IMG/VR virus record: IMGVR_UViG_3300009091_000002
Span: 1 to 56,931 of that record
Length of the DNA: 56,931 bases
Direction: 5' to 3' (one strand)
From: a virus
Lineage: Duplodnaviria; Caudoviricetes
Position numbers and translations under genes: made by a program. Position 1 is the stretch's first letter; each line of letters opens with the position of its first letter. Below the pieces are notes generated by a model. The model did not search any database, was not told the origin of the DNA, and saw only the letters and a program-made list of their open reading frames with translations. This document shows positions 1-10,547 of the stretch, in pieces.

Positions 1-123
1 GCCCAATGGACTTCAAAAGATAGGATTGCTGCATTTGAAAAAATATATGGAAAGATTGAAGAATCCTCACTTGAAGATCAATTGTCTTTTGTTGACATGG
101 AACTTAAAGGCACTCACAAATCA
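1..123. repeat. Direct terminal repeat (copy 1), circular-contig overlap
   Basis: Bases 1-123 are identical to 56809-56931; an ORF reads through the junction in frame. Confidence 0.95.
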
Positions 124-423
124 GCCTATAACAAAATGATGGCAGCAAAAGGAGCAGGTGCGAAAGGAGCAGCAATATCACGATATTATGAAAGCCCAGC
201 AGATTCAGAAGGGCAAGCAGCATTGCGCTCTGGGATAGCAGAAGAATTTCAAAACAGAAGGCTGGGTGCAGAAGGGAATGGAATTGGCGGCACTAATGTA
301 ACGAATAATAATACATGGAATATAACTGGAAGCGATGCCAAACAAATTGCTGATTCTGTAGCTCAAAAACAAGACAGAGTAAATGCAAATACTGCCAGAC
401 AACTAAGCACAACATACCGATGA
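1..423 (+). CDS. 3' end of tape-measure/tail lysozyme protein (continues from 55795 across the junction)
   Basis: Frame 1 (AQWTSKDRIAAF...QLSFVDMEL...) continues the ORF starting at ATG 55795; stop TGA at 421-423. Confidence 0.9.
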   Translation, partial: AQWTSKDRIAAFEKIYGKIEESSLEDQLSFVDMELKGTHKSAYNKMMAAKGAGAKGAAISRYYESPADSEGQAALRSGIAEEFQNRRLGAEGNGIGGTNVTNNNTWNITGSDAKQIADSVAQKQDRVNANTARQLSTTYR

Positions 424-1106
424 ATACAAGCCTAGTATTACAAGGCGGCCAATTAGCCGCGCAAATGGTTTTGGTGAAACAGAAGAGCCGCCGCTTTTCA
501 AAGCCAACTTTGCCAAATGGTCAAGTACTGCCTGATATAATAGCCCAAGCAACAATCGAAGAAAGGCACATGGATAGGCTTGAAATAACGAGTCACCCAA
601 TAGAGCAAGGTGCTGCTATAACTGACCACGCTTTTATTAACCCTTCAGAAGTAATTCTTAGGTTAGGATGGAGCAATAGCGGAACACCAAGTTTACTAGC
701 CGCGACAGAAGATATTGCCTTGTCCTGGGCTGCAACTGTAGGCGGCGGTGTAGGCCAAGGGATAGCAATAGCCGGCGGAATAACCAAAGCTGCTGGCAAT
801 ACCTTGTTATCCGTGGTCAGTGAAAGTGCGATTGATATTGCTTATGCCACAATATTGCATATGTATAATAATCGCGCGGTGTTCACTTTATATACCGGCA
901 AAAGAATATACGATAACATGGTGTGTAAAATGGTTTCAACGGAAACTGATTATACTCAAGAAAATTCGATGATTATAATGATGGAGTGCCAAGAAATTCT
1001 GCTAGTAAATACACAGACCGTTTCATTACCGGCAAATAAGCAAAGGAATGAAGGAAGCACCGCTTCACCAATAAATCGCGGAACCCAACAGGCCATTCAG
1101 AAATGA
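420..1106 (+). CDS. Baseplate hub / tail tube initiator (Dit-like) protein
   Basis: EERH.D.LEITSHPIEQGA.ITDHA motif typical of this family; directly after tape measure. Confidence 0.75.
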   Translation: MNTSLVLQGGQLAAQMVLVKQKSRRFSKPTLPNGQVLPDIIAQATIEERHMDRLEITSHPIEQGAAITDHAFINPSEVILRLGWSNSGTPSLLAATEDIALSWAATVGGGVGQGIAIAGGITKAAGNTLLSVVSESAIDIAYATILHMYNNRAVFTLYTGKRIYDNMVCKMVSTETDYTQENSMIIMMECQEILLVNTQTVSLPANKQRNEGSTASPINRGTQQAIQK

Positions 1107-1441
1107 GTACAACTTATGAAATACCTTTGCAGCCAAATGCGCAGACACTTCGGATTAGCCTTGCTGGTGTGTATTACAATCTCACTGTACTTTGGAACAA
1201 TCTCAGCCTTAATTGGAATGTGGATATTGCTGATGATTCTTTCAACAATATCTTAGCAGGAGTTCCATTAGTCGTTGGTTCAGACTTACTGCAGCAATAT
1301 GGTTATTTGAATTTTGGTGGACAATTAATTGCTTATGTGGATATAGACTCCTCGGATAACGATAATGATATTGATAATTTTGAATCTCCTTCTTATGATG
1401 ATCTCGGCCAGACAGGCCACTTATATTTTATAGTGCCATAA
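1103..1441 (+). CDS. Small baseplate protein
   Basis: YEIPL.P..Q...I.L.G..Y...W...GVPLV.G.DLL.QY.YL pattern; synteny. Confidence 0.7.
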   Translation: MSTTYEIPLQPNAQTLRISLAGVYYNLTVLWNNLSLNWNVDIADDSFNNILAGVPLVVGSDLLQQYGYLNFGGQLIAYVDIDSSDNDNDIDNFESPSYDDLGQTGHLYFIVP

Positions 1442-2406
1442 TGATAACCGATCAATGGATTAGGAAATTAGGGCTCGTGATATTTTCAGACACTAAAGGA
1501 TTGGATTTGTCTGAATTTCACATAAAATTTGAAGCATGCAATGCTGATGTACAAAGTCCTAATAATTGCGCTATACGCATATATAATATGTCCAAGGCAA
1601 CTATAAAAAGAATCATTGAAAATAGCGAATTCAAAAGCGTAGTGATTAACGCTGGGTACGAAAAAGGCAATTATGGCGTTATATTCCAAGGATATATAAA
1701 ACAATTTAGGATTGGCAAAGAAAGCAATGTTGATTCTTATTTAGATATCCTTGCCAGCGATGGAGACATAGCTTATAATCAGGCATTCGTAAATGAAACT
1801 ATGGCGAAAGGAAGCACGCGGGCAGATGTAATAAATGCGGCTGCAAAAGCCATGAATCTTCCGGTCGACTATGGCATATTCAAAACGGATGTTCAGCACA
1901 TACCAAGCATCAGAGGAAAAGTGCTATTTGGCATGGCAAGAGACAAAATAAAAAACGAATCCAATAATCTAAACTCTGGATGGTCAATTCAAAATGGAAG
2001 AATTCAAATAATTCCACAAAATAGTTATTTGAAAGGCGAAATTGTTAAACTCAATTCTGCATCTGGATTGATAGGAATACCAGAACAGACTGATGAAGGA
2101 ATCCGATTTAGGTGCTTATTGAATAGCAAATTAAGAATTGGAGGGTTGGTGCAAATAGATAATTCAATTATTAATCAAACTATGCAAAGTGTGAATAGCA
2201 ATTCTAGTATTAATGGCCCAGTTCAGCTTCCTGCGCAGATTCAATATAATTCATATAGGCTGCAGCCACTTGCTCCGCTGTCGGATGATGGGGTGTACCG
2301 GTTATTTGTCGTTGAACACGAAGGGGATACTCGCGGACAGCCTTGGTATAGCAACTTAATTGGATTGGCAATGGATATGACTACTCAAACAGTATTGGCA
2401 AAATAA
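1441..2406 (+). CDS. Baseplate hub protein (gp27/gp44-like)
   Basis: PN...IRIYN, AGY...G.IFQG.I, GLIG.PEQT..G, H.GDTRG..WYS motifs; synteny. Confidence 0.8.
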   Translation: MITDQWIRKLGLVIFSDTKGLDLSEFHIKFEACNADVQSPNNCAIRIYNMSKATIKRIIENSEFKSVVINAGYEKGNYGVIFQGYIKQFRIGKESNVDSYLDILASDGDIAYNQAFVNETMAKGSTRADVINAAAKAMNLPVDYGIFKTDVQHIPSIRGKVLFGMARDKIKNESNNLNSGWSIQNGRIQIIPQNSYLKGEIVKLNSASGLIGIPEQTDEGIRFRCLLNSKLRIGGLVQIDNSIINQTMQSVNSNSSINGPVQLPAQIQYNSYRLQPLAPLSDDGVYRLFVVEHEGDTRGQPWYSNLIGLAMDMTTQTVLAK

Positions 2407-3140
2407 TGGACAGAATAGAGAGAATTGAGCATCCGCAAGAATCATTAATGATTGCTTTAGAAGGCATGCAAACCAATTTGTGGACAACATTGCCTGGAAT
2501 AATACAAACATTTGATCCATTGACTATGACGGTTACAGTTCAGCCATCTATACAGGCTGAATTAACTAATAAGGAAACTGGTACTAAAACATGGACTAGC
2601 ATGCCTCTACTAGTTGATGTCCCAATAATAATACAAAGCTCAGGCGGTATGTCTATCACGCTGCCTATAGCAAAAAATGATGAATGTTTAGTCTGCTTTA
2701 GCAATCGGTGTATAGATGCTTGGTGGCAATTAGGCGGTGTGCAAATACAGCCTGAATTCAGAATGCACGACTTATCTGATGGGTTTGCTTTTATTGGTCC
2801 ACGTTCTTTGCCTAGAATTATATCAAACTACAGCACAACATCGATGCAGATAAGGAGCGATGATGGTGTTGCCATTGTGGATATAAACCCAGTAACCCAT
2901 GCTATAAATGTAACAACAACAGCAGCAATAAATATAACAACAACTGGAACCGCAACAGTTAAAGCAGCTAGTATTCTTCTTCAGAATGCAGGTTCTACTT
3001 TGAAAAAATTAATGAATGATACAGTTATTGCCTTATTTAATAATCACGTTCACACAAACGGAAATGGGGGTGCCAATACGGGAGTCCCGACAGTGGCAGC
3101 AACTGCGGCAAATGCAACTTCAATCGTGCAGGCTGAATAA
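2406..3140 (+). CDS. Baseplate central spike (Gp138-like)
   Basis: N-terminal OB-type region (PL.VDVP, DECLV.F..RCID.WW, RMHDLSDGF) and C-terminal HxH (HVH) apex motif. Confidence 0.88.
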   Translation: MDRIERIEHPQESLMIALEGMQTNLWTTLPGIIQTFDPLTMTVTVQPSIQAELTNKETGTKTWTSMPLLVDVPIIIQSSGGMSITLPIAKNDECLVCFSNRCIDAWWQLGGVQIQPEFRMHDLSDGFAFIGPRSLPRIISNYSTTSMQIRSDDGVAIVDINPVTHAINVTTTAAINITTTGTATVKAASILLQNAGSTLKKLMNDTVIALFNNHVHTNGNGGANTGVPTVAATAANATSIVQAE

Positions 3141-3490
3141 TGAAATACAGGCGTTTAGATGTTAATGGCGACATGTCTTTTGGAGCCGGAGTGAGCAATT
3201 TTCTAATCAATTCGCCGGAGGCAGTGGCGCAAGCTGTGATGACCCGCTTGAAATTATTCCAAGGCGAATGGTTCATTGATACCGAGATTGGAGTGCCATA
3301 TAATACAAAAGTTTTAGGATTTGGAAATATACATAATTACGATTTTATTATCAAACAACAAATATTAGGTACGCAGGGCGTTTCTGCAATAGCCAGTTAC
3401 TCAAGCTTCATCGATGATAAGAGAAAGGCAAATATTAATGCTACACTTGATACCTTATTTGGATCGACTACTATACAGGCCACATTCTGA
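3140..3490 (+). CDS. Baseplate wedge subunit (gp25/DUF2634-like)
   Basis: YRRLD..GD..FG, AVAQAV.TRL.LF.GEWF.D...G.PY. Confidence 0.8.
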   Translation: MKYRRLDVNGDMSFGAGVSNFLINSPEAVAQAVMTRLKLFQGEWFIDTEIGVPYNTKVLGFGNIHNYDFIIKQQILGTQGVSAIASYSSFIDDKRKANINATLDTLFGSTTIQATF

Positions 3491-4677
3491 TGCCAACTTA
3501 TCCACTAGCAACTTTAGCGCCAACTGTTGACTCAACAGGAATATCAGCGCCAACTTATTTTGATATTTTATCAAGTTTGCAGACATCTTTCAAATTAATA
3601 TACGGTTCAGATATTTATATCGCACCAGACTCCCAGGATGGCCAATGGATTGCTATTTTAGCAAAATCATTTCACGACAGCAATCAAGCGGCGATAGCAA
3701 TCTTCCAATCATTCTCTCCAACCTATGCACAAGGTGCTGGATTATCTTCTGTTGTTAAAATCAATGGCATTAAAAGGAATACTAGTGGATACTCTACCGC
3801 TGTTGGTAATGTTATAGGCGTAGCAGGTACTGTTATTACAGGTGGCATCGTACAAGATAGCTCCGGAAATAAATGGAATCTGACATCACCCATAACGATA
3901 CCTATTGGAGGTTCAATAGCCGTTACGGCAACAAGTCAAATGGCAGGCGCCATCATTGCTTTGTCAGGCTCTATAAACAAGATATTCAATCCGCAATTAG
4001 GGTGGCAGTCATTCTCCAGCACGAGTGACGCCACTGTTGGCTCACCGGTAGAAAATGACGCTACCTTGCGAAATAGACAATCAATAAGTACAGCGCTTCC
4101 TGCAGCAACTGTTCTTGACGGCATGCTTAGTGCTATCGGTAATGTTGCTGGAGTCACACGATTCTTTGGCTATGATAATGACACAGGAGCAGCGGATGTA
4201 AATGGCATACCTGCCCATTCAATATCATTTGTAGTGCAAGGAGGGACAGTGCTGGATGTTGCCACTGCTATCGCTTTAAAAAAGATGCCAGGAGCGCAAA
4301 CATATGGGACAACCTCATTATCCGTTCCTGATGCTATGGGGTTGCCTTCTGTGATAAATTATTTCCAGCTTGCCACTGTAAGTATTTATTTTGCCATCAC
4401 TATAAAGGCATTGCCAGGATATGTGTCAACAACTGGAACGGCTATTCAGAATGCTTTGATGGCATTTATTGATGGATTGGCAATCGGCGAAGATGTGTAT
4501 TTGTCGCAAGCCATGGCAGCAGCTTCTTTAATAGGACTTGGAATCGGGCAGACATTTTACATCACTTCATTCTACCAAGCGACTACACCGACTCCTGTAT
4601 CGACGGCAACAGTGATAATAGCGTTCAATCAAGCTGCTGCAACAAATATTCCATCAATCGGACTGGTGGTTACTTAA
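3490..4677 (+). CDS. Baseplate J-like wedge protein
   Basis: DSQDGQ, F.P..A.G.GL, E.DA.LR.RQ, G.PAHSI..VV.GG motifs; 395 aa. Confidence 0.88.
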   Translation: MPTYPLATLAPTVDSTGISAPTYFDILSSLQTSFKLIYGSDIYIAPDSQDGQWIAILAKSFHDSNQAAIAIFQSFSPTYAQGAGLSSVVKINGIKRNTSGYSTAVGNVIGVAGTVITGGIVQDSSGNKWNLTSPITIPIGGSIAVTATSQMAGAIIALSGSINKIFNPQLGWQSFSSTSDATVGSPVENDATLRNRQSISTALPAATVLDGMLSAIGNVAGVTRFFGYDNDTGAADVNGIPAHSISFVVQGGTVLDVATAIALKKMPGAQTYGTTSLSVPDAMGLPSVINYFQLATVSIYFAITIKALPGYVSTTGTAIQNALMAFIDGLAIGEDVYLSQAMAAASLIGLGIGQTFYITSFYQATTPTPVSTATVIIAFNQAAATNIPSIGLVVT

Positions 4678-5346
4678 ATGGCTACTATCAATGATTACAC
4701 AAATTTAATAACAGCTGAGCATAGCGATAAGCAGAAATTTTATGCTACTGTTTCATTATCTTGTCAGCCTCCAGTTGACTTAATAAATTTTTTATCATCA
4801 GTAACATCACTATATGATATAGACACTGCCATTGGCACTCAATTAGATGTTGTTGGACAATGGATTGGGAAAGCACGCCAGCTTGCCATCGCATTGACAG
4901 GTGTATATTTTACTCTTGACACTGGACCTGGGCTGGATAGCGGAATTTTACAAGGGCCATTTGACCCTTCAACTGGACTGACAGCTCTTCCAGATAATTA
5001 TTATAGGCTGCTTTTGAAAGCAAAAATATTAAATAATCAATGGGATGGGTCAAAGCCAACTGCTTATTATTTAAGTGACCTATTATTCGGCCCTTTTGGA
5101 TATAACTTATTCATACAGGATAATTCTGACATGTCCATGGTATTGGGACTTATAGGTGCTGGAACACCGCCAACAATAATAGCCGCAATGTTTACATCTG
5201 GAATGTTAAACTTAAAACCCGCTGCAGTCAAAATAGCAGGATATGCTTACCAAGCTGTTACAGGGCCATTATTTGCTTTGGATATGAATAATACAAATTT
5301 CGCCGGTTTAGATACCGGATATTTAGCAACTTATATTTTCAACTAA
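4678..5346 (+). CDS. Baseplate wedge protein (DUF2612-like)
   Basis: YDID.AIG.QLD.VG.WIG, L.D..YR.LLKAKI..N.WDG, QDN.DMS motifs. Confidence 0.85.
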   Translation: MATINDYTNLITAEHSDKQKFYATVSLSCQPPVDLINFLSSVTSLYDIDTAIGTQLDVVGQWIGKARQLAIALTGVYFTLDTGPGLDSGILQGPFDPSTGLTALPDNYYRLLLKAKILNNQWDGSKPTAYYLSDLLFGPFGYNLFIQDNSDMSMVLGLIGAGTPPTIIAAMFTSGMLNLKPAAVKIAGYAYQAVTGPLFALDMNNTNFAGLDTGYLATYIFN

Positions 5347-5358
5347 TAGGATAATACT

Positions 5359-6648
5359 ATGCCTGGAACAAATGATTTTTTGCCGATAGCAGCAGGTGGT
5401 GGAGCAAACGTCTTAACGCAAGCTGCATACGCCGCCTTGTCAAGCTATTTTTCGGCTGGATATGCCAACGGTTCAATAGTCCCTGCCCAACAATTGAACA
5501 AAGCAATGAGACAATCATCATTGATTGCTAGTATTGTGGGAGCATTGATAGCTGATGTGACCAACCAAAATGTCGTTGATGATGGCACTACAGCAACCAT
5601 CCTTAGTAATCTTATGGCTACAATTATGCGAGCTGGATATGTGGATGATACGGGCGTTGCTGACGCTTATGTGTGTACTTTGGTTCCTTCTCCTGGAGCT
5701 TATTATGACGGAATGAAAGTTGGATTTTCTACCGTAAATATAAATGCTACAGCAACGCCAACACTCAACGTTAATGGAGTTGGGCCGGTCACTATAACAG
5801 CACCTGGCGGCGGTGCATTAATTGCAGGAAGCATTCCAGCAAACACGATTATTGAAGTTGTGTATAATTCAACAGGCCCGAGATTTGAATTGGCAAATAT
5901 TGCTATTCTTCCTTCTGTCGGAATACAAGGTGCTTCAAAGAATTTATTGGCGCTTTCCACTGGCATAAATGCCAATGTTAGTATAACTGCTGATACTGTT
6001 ATCGTTGAGAATACAGGTGGCGCCTATTTAAACCTGGAAAATGTTAATGTCACTATTGACACGGCAGCAGCAGTTGGAGTCAATAGCTTGGATACAGGCA
6101 TTCTGGCAGGGAGCACGTGGTATAGCACTTGGATAATCTGGAATGGAACTACTATTGCAGGACTAGCATCATTATCAGCTACCGCACCAACAATGCCGGC
6201 AGGTTATACACATAAAGCACGTGTTGGCTGGATTAGGACAGATGGGACAGCAAATAAATACCCGCTATCATTCAAACAACAGGGTAAAAGAGCAAATTAT
6301 GTTGTTGTCTCAGGATCAAATGTCCCTAATCTTCCAATTATGGCCAGCGGTATAAATGGCAGTCAAACGACTCCAACATGGGTAGCTGTTGCAATAGGCG
6401 CTTATGTCCCGCCAACAGCAGGTCAAATCGGCATTAATTTATACTCTCAAAATGCTGTAATAGTTGCGCCAAACAATGCGTATGGTGCAATCGCATCAAC
6501 AACAAATCCGCCTTACGCCTCTATGAGTGGCGCGGCAAGTGGCAGTACGCTACCCTTTTTTATGGGAATCGAGTCAGCAAATATATATTGGGCATCAAAC
6601 GCGGCATCTGGTGTATTAGCAACAAGTGGGTGGGAAGATAATTTATGA
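5359..6648 (+). CDS. Tail fibre protein
   Basis: N-terminal NDF.P.A...GANV..Q, QLNKA.RQ anchor; Gly/Thr/Ala-rich beta content; follows baseplate genes. Confidence 0.8.
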   Translation: MPGTNDFLPIAAGGGANVLTQAAYAALSSYFSAGYANGSIVPAQQLNKAMRQSSLIASIVGALIADVTNQNVVDDGTTATILSNLMATIMRAGYVDDTGVADAYVCTLVPSPGAYYDGMKVGFSTVNINATATPTLNVNGVGPVTITAPGGGALIAGSIPANTIIEVVYNSTGPRFELANIAILPSVGIQGASKNLLALSTGINANVSITADTVIVENTGGAYLNLENVNVTIDTAAAVGVNSLDTGILAGSTWYSTWIIWNGTTIAGLASLSATAPTMPAGYTHKARVGWIRTDGTANKYPLSFKQQGKRANYVVVSGSNVPNLPIMASGINGSQTTPTWVAVAIGAYVPPTAGQIGINLYSQNAVIVAPNNAYGAIASTTNPPYASMSGAASGSTLPFFMGIESANIYWASNAASGVLATSGWEDNL

Positions 6649-6992
6649 GTTATGCAATAAGAAATGATGGTTTGGGTTGGCATGCAGTTAATGGTGCCAA
6701 TGATTGTGCTGCTGATGAAACATTTAGCGAATCACAGCCAATATCAACTCCACAAATAATAGCTGATGCTAACGGGTTTGCACAAAGTGTTAAATTGGCT
6801 CTAGGTGGAATTATCGGGGCAAATGCTTTAGCTGTTAGCTATCCTTTATTTAATCAAGCAGTGCAAGAACAGAATTGGTCTGATGTACAGGAATTAATAA
6901 TTGATGCCAAAACAAAATCTGTTTTGTCAACATCTCAATATATAGCAATTAAAACAGCAGCAGCCAACAATAACATTCCAATAACTTTATAA
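6645..6992 (+). CDS. Putative tail fibre assembly/chaperone protein
   Basis: Overlaps fibre stop (ATGA); last gene of the late operon. Confidence 0.5.
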   Translation: MSYAIRNDGLGWHAVNGANDCAADETFSESQPISTPQIIADANGFAQSVKLALGGIIGANALAVSYPLFNQAVQEQNWSDVQELIIDAKTKSVLSTSQYIAIKTAAANNNIPITL

Positions 6993-7027
6993 AACACAAA
7001 AAGAAGCCGCTGAAAGGCGGCTTTGAA
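6991..7027. terminator. Probable bidirectional intrinsic terminator between convergent operons
   Basis: Stem AAGCCGC 7004-7010 / GCGGCTT 7017-7023; upstream A-tract gives a U-tract on the - strand. Confidence 0.75.
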
Positions 7028-7059
7028 TGTCTATGCTTCGGAGCTGGCGCATAGAGCCA

Positions 7060-7425
7060 TCAATCAAATGCAAACCCATCTTTGGTTATCGTAGCTGGCT
7101 TTAATTGTTGTGGATACATAATTTCAATATTAATCTCAGGGTGATAAAGATTGCCAAGTTGTTTCTTCATATCATCTGGCGATTCCCATATATTAATAAC
7201 CTTTATCATACCATCTACAGTGTTGCCCCAGCATCCGTAACTTCTGAATGGAGGATTTATGGATATTGCTTTGTGTAATACAGGTGCCTCAGCAATTTTA
7301 AGATCACACTTAGAATCATATAGCACTGACAAATATGGCCCTGAAACAAAGGCTTTTACTTTTTCATCAGCACTAACATTTGCGCAGAAGGATAATGTTA
7401 GTGCTATAATAAATAATAATTTCAT
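7060..7425 (-). CDS. Hypothetical exported protein
   Basis: Signal-peptide-like N-terminus MKLLFIIALTLSFCANVSA. Confidence 0.65.
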   Translation of the reverse strand: MKLLFIIALTLSFCANVSADEKVKAFVSGPYLSVLYDSKCDLKIAEAPVLHKAISINPPFRSYGCWGNTVDGMIKVINIWESPDDMKKQLGNLYHPEINIEIMYPQQLKPATITKDGFAFD

Positions 7426-7904
7426 CTCAATTCGCTCCCAGCAGTTACATGGAAATTAATAATACCATAAGGTGTTCCGCACACCAACCCATCTAAGCTC
7501 AAATCCCCTTCAGGGCCAAAGAAAAAGAATTTGCAATCACCTTCTGTTTCTGATTTTTTTGCTATTTCAGGAAAGATATTGGAATAAAACCGCTTAACTT
7601 TAACCGTCACACCATCAGGCTCCATATATCCAGCAAACCCGATTAACTTCTTTTTCCCTATAAATTGTATTAAAACGTGGTTGTTTTCTTTATCGAAGAA
7701 GCCAACCACTGCGCTGCCGCAATCAAATTTTATAATTTTATTATTGTTTTTTATGAAACTTTTTGAATCACAAGAGCCATTCCCAGCACGGAGATTAAAC
7801 AATTCATTCCCAGCGCGCGCTGAATTAACAATAATAAGCATTGCCAGTAAAAAAGTCACAAATACAAAAGCAGTTTTAATTCTCATTTTCTTCTCCAATT
7901 TCAT
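7422..7904 (-). CDS. Hypothetical exported protein
   Basis: Basic plus hydrophobic N-terminus ending in ARA; four Cys; coupled to the next gene. Confidence 0.65.
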   Translation of the reverse strand: MKLEKKMRIKTAFVFVTFLLAMLIIVNSARAGNELFNLRAGNGSCDSKSFIKNNNKIIKFDCGSAVVGFFDKENNHVLIQFIGKKKLIGFAGYMEPDGVTVKVKRFYSNIFPEIAKKSETEGDCKFFFFGPEGDLSLDGLVCGTPYGIINFHVTAGSELR

Positions 7905-8067
7905 TTTTGATTATTTTTAAATTTAATTGTCTTGCTGTTTTTCTATTTGACCTGTCAACAATTTTGCGACAATTCATTTTAAGCCCAGACTTTGTATGGA
8001 AACACCCAAATTTGCATTCCCTTTTGTCTTCTCTGCTATGTCCATAAGCCTTCATATTAATCACCAT
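7876..8067 (-). CDS. Small basic hypothetical protein
   Basis: 63-aa ORF in the - strand gene run. Confidence 0.5.
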   Translation of the reverse strand: MVINMKAYGHSREDKRECKFGCFHTKSGLKMNCRKIVDRSNRKTARQLNLKIIKNEIGEENEN

Positions 8068-8522
8068 TTTGTTATATTGTTAAGTGAATCCAGATAAGTC
8101 TTCAAAATAGCAGCCTTACAAAAATAAATCTTTATGAAGCAGCATTAAAATTCTTCACATAATCCTCCAAATTATTTCTATTTTTGTTTTTGCATTCATT
8201 GCAGCAATGGCTATTGGAATTATCAAATGATTCAGGTGCCTTCAAAATCTTGCAACAAGAACAATAGAATGCTTTCATCATTCTTTCTTCTGCTTCTTTG
8301 CTCATAAATAAGTAGCCTTTAAAATTTAAACAAAACAGTTGCCATTTTCATTGCAGCTAGTCTATCGTGGTTAACAAATAGGCAACCTTTAACCACGATG
8401 TAATATAGGTTGCCTATTTTTGAGATTGACATATTATTCTCCACTCAGTTTTAAGGTTTAGATTTAGTTCCTTTCGAACTTGAATCTATTGTCTCTCACC
8501 TAAAAATAAAATCAACATTTTT

Positions 8523-10547
8523 TCAATCTATTTTATCTTTACAATGCCCCCAATCCATTCCTTTCTCTCCATCGGCTTTAACTGGAATACTTAAAGGAAG
8601 GGCATTTTCCATGCGGTAACGCATTTCTTCAAAGGCTTCCTCTTTGCCACCTGGGTCGCTGAAATCCAGCTCGTCATGCACGGTTAATCGCGGGATTCCG
8701 GTAGCATCGAAAACACCGTCCTTCCAGCATAACCACATTGCTTTTTTCATTAAATCAGCTGCAGAACCTTGAAGTTTTCTATTGAGCGCCTTATGGCTAT
8801 GAGCTCGTTGTATATCCCGCCACAGTAGAATTGCCTTATCGTAGGAAACAGGAATCGTCCGATTATTCCATCCTACCGGTTCCCATGAATCGAAACGGGA
8901 ACACCGCCCTAGAATTGTGGAAATCTTCCCTGTCAACTGGACTTCCTCCATACAGGAATTCATAGTCTCCTTGGCGAAAGGAACACCCTCGTGATACGCT
9001 TTTGCCAGCATTTTTCCATCTTTTAAAGATAATCCGAGGCCTCCAGAGAGGGCTTCAATTCCCATTCCGTAGATTAGGCCGAAGTTAATGTTCTTGATGG
9101 CCTTGCGATTTAAGTCTTTTCCAGTTTTTTCTAATACGAGTGCTTGAGTCCACTCATGGTAGTCAGTATCCGGAAATTTGTTAAATCTCCTTCTAGCATC
9201 ATCGCTACCTTCTCCTATGGCAAAGTGGATAAGCATCCGATACTCAATCTGGCTATAGTCATATCTCCTCCATTGAAAATGTCCATAATCAGGAATAAAT
9301 AATCCTCTTACCATAGGTGCCAACTCGTCGTCCCGACTAGGCAAATTTTGAAGATTCGGAGTGGAGCTGCTAAACCTCCCACTTCTAGTGCCTCCCTCGT
9401 CGCTTCGGAGTTGGTGAAACTGCCCATAGACCATCCCATTGACATGTGACTCTAAAATATATGATTCTACAAAGGTACCTCGGAGCTTTGCCAATTTCCG
9501 TATTTTATTTATTGAATCAGCCACTGGATGTTTAATTCCTGCTAAAAATGCTTTAGTAAAACTGGCGTTTCCTTTTGCCGTTTTTCCATAGGCTAAACCA
9601 ATAGTATCAAAAGCTTTAGCCAAACTATCAGAGGCATTAACATTCACCTCAAACCCAGTTAATCCGCGAAGGACTAACTTTTCTTCATTTTCTTTCTGTA
9701 GTAATAATTCCCTCAATTGTTCTGCTTTACCAAGATCGATTTGAACACCAGAAAAACGCATCTCAATAGTTAAATATATTAAATCGCATTCCATTTGAAA
9801 TAGCCCAAGAAGATTTTCCTTGGCTAGTAATGGCCATAGCTTTTCAATTAAGCGGAGTGGGAGGTCTGCATCACTCTCAGCGTAAGGACCAGTTAACCTA
9901 GGTGGTGTTCGATAGATGTTTGCTCTCTGACGGCCGGAAACTGGGCCTCCATAGAAATCGGAGCACCACCGGTAGAGTAGGGAAGAGTCTTTTCCTTCGC
10001 CTAAGTACTTTTGAGCCATAGTTTCTAAAGCAACTTCGGAGATTTCATTCAGCAGGGCTTCGGCGAATTGGACATCTAATAAACTTCCTCGGACAATAAC
10101 ACCTTCTTGGCGCAACCAGCCAACGTCATAGGTTAGATTGGCACCAACTTTAAACTGCTTTGGATTTCCTAAGGTTTCTTGGAGCCACCTTAATACTGGC
10201 TCGATTGGCCAATTATCGGCGGGTTCTACCTCATGTCTTAAAGGAAAATACCATCGGTGGCCTCCAGGTACCCCTATGGAAACACCAACCAGATGGCCTT
10301 TATTTCTTGCCCATCCTGGACCAAAGGTTAAAAGATCTGGGTCATAAGTTTCGCAATCCACTGCAATAATAGGGGCACTGGATAGGTCTGGAAGATAGGA
10401 AGGTTTTATCCATCCAGTATCCGGAATTTCTGGCATATTCCGGATAACAGCGGATCTTCCTTCCTGTTTAATATCCTCCCAGAACATTCCGATGGAATCA
10501 AGCCTTGCCACTATCTTTCTCTTCTTCCAGTTGGATAAGAACCTCAA
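8523..10547 (-). CDS. polA: Family A DNA polymerase with 3'-5' exonuclease (start may be GTG 10511)
   Basis: Exo I DCET; SGRFSSSTPNLQNLP; motif A DYSQIEYR; motif B K.INFGLIYG; motif C TVHDEL. Confidence 0.95.
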   Translation of the reverse strand: MRFLSNWKKRKIVARLDSIGMFWEDIKQEGRSAVIRNMPEIPDTGWIKPSYLPDLSSAPIIAVDCETYDPDLLTFGPGWARNKGHLVGVSIGVPGGHRWYFPLRHEVEPADNWPIEPVLRWLQETLGNPKQFKVGANLTYDVGWLRQEGVIVRGSLLDVQFAEALLNEISEVALETMAQKYLGEGKDSSLLYRWCSDFYGGPVSGRQRANIYRTPPRLTGPYAESDADLPLRLIEKLWPLLAKENLLGLFQMECDLIYLTIEMRFSGVQIDLGKAEQLRELLLQKENEEKLVLRGLTGFEVNVNASDSLAKAFDTIGLAYGKTAKGNASFTKAFLAGIKHPVADSINKIRKLAKLRGTFVESYILESHVNGMVYGQFHQLRSDEGGTRSGRFSSSTPNLQNLPSRDDELAPMVRGLFIPDYGHFQWRRYDYSQIEYRMLIHFAIGEGSDDARRRFNKFPDTDYHEWTQALVLEKTGKDLNRKAIKNINFGLIYGMGIEALSGGLGLSLKDGKMLAKAYHEGVPFAKETMNSCMEEVQLTGKISTILGRCSRFDSWEPVGWNNRTIPVSYDKAILLWRDIQRAHSHKALNRKLQGSAADLMKKAMWLCWKDGVFDATGIPRLTVHDELDFSDPGGKEEAFEEMRYRMENALPLSIPVKADGEKGMDWGHCKDKID

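Noticed and set aside
1-123. Terminal repeat as a biological DTR
   Set aside because: It falls mid-gene and the ORF continues in frame, which is typical of assembler overlap on a circularly permuted genome
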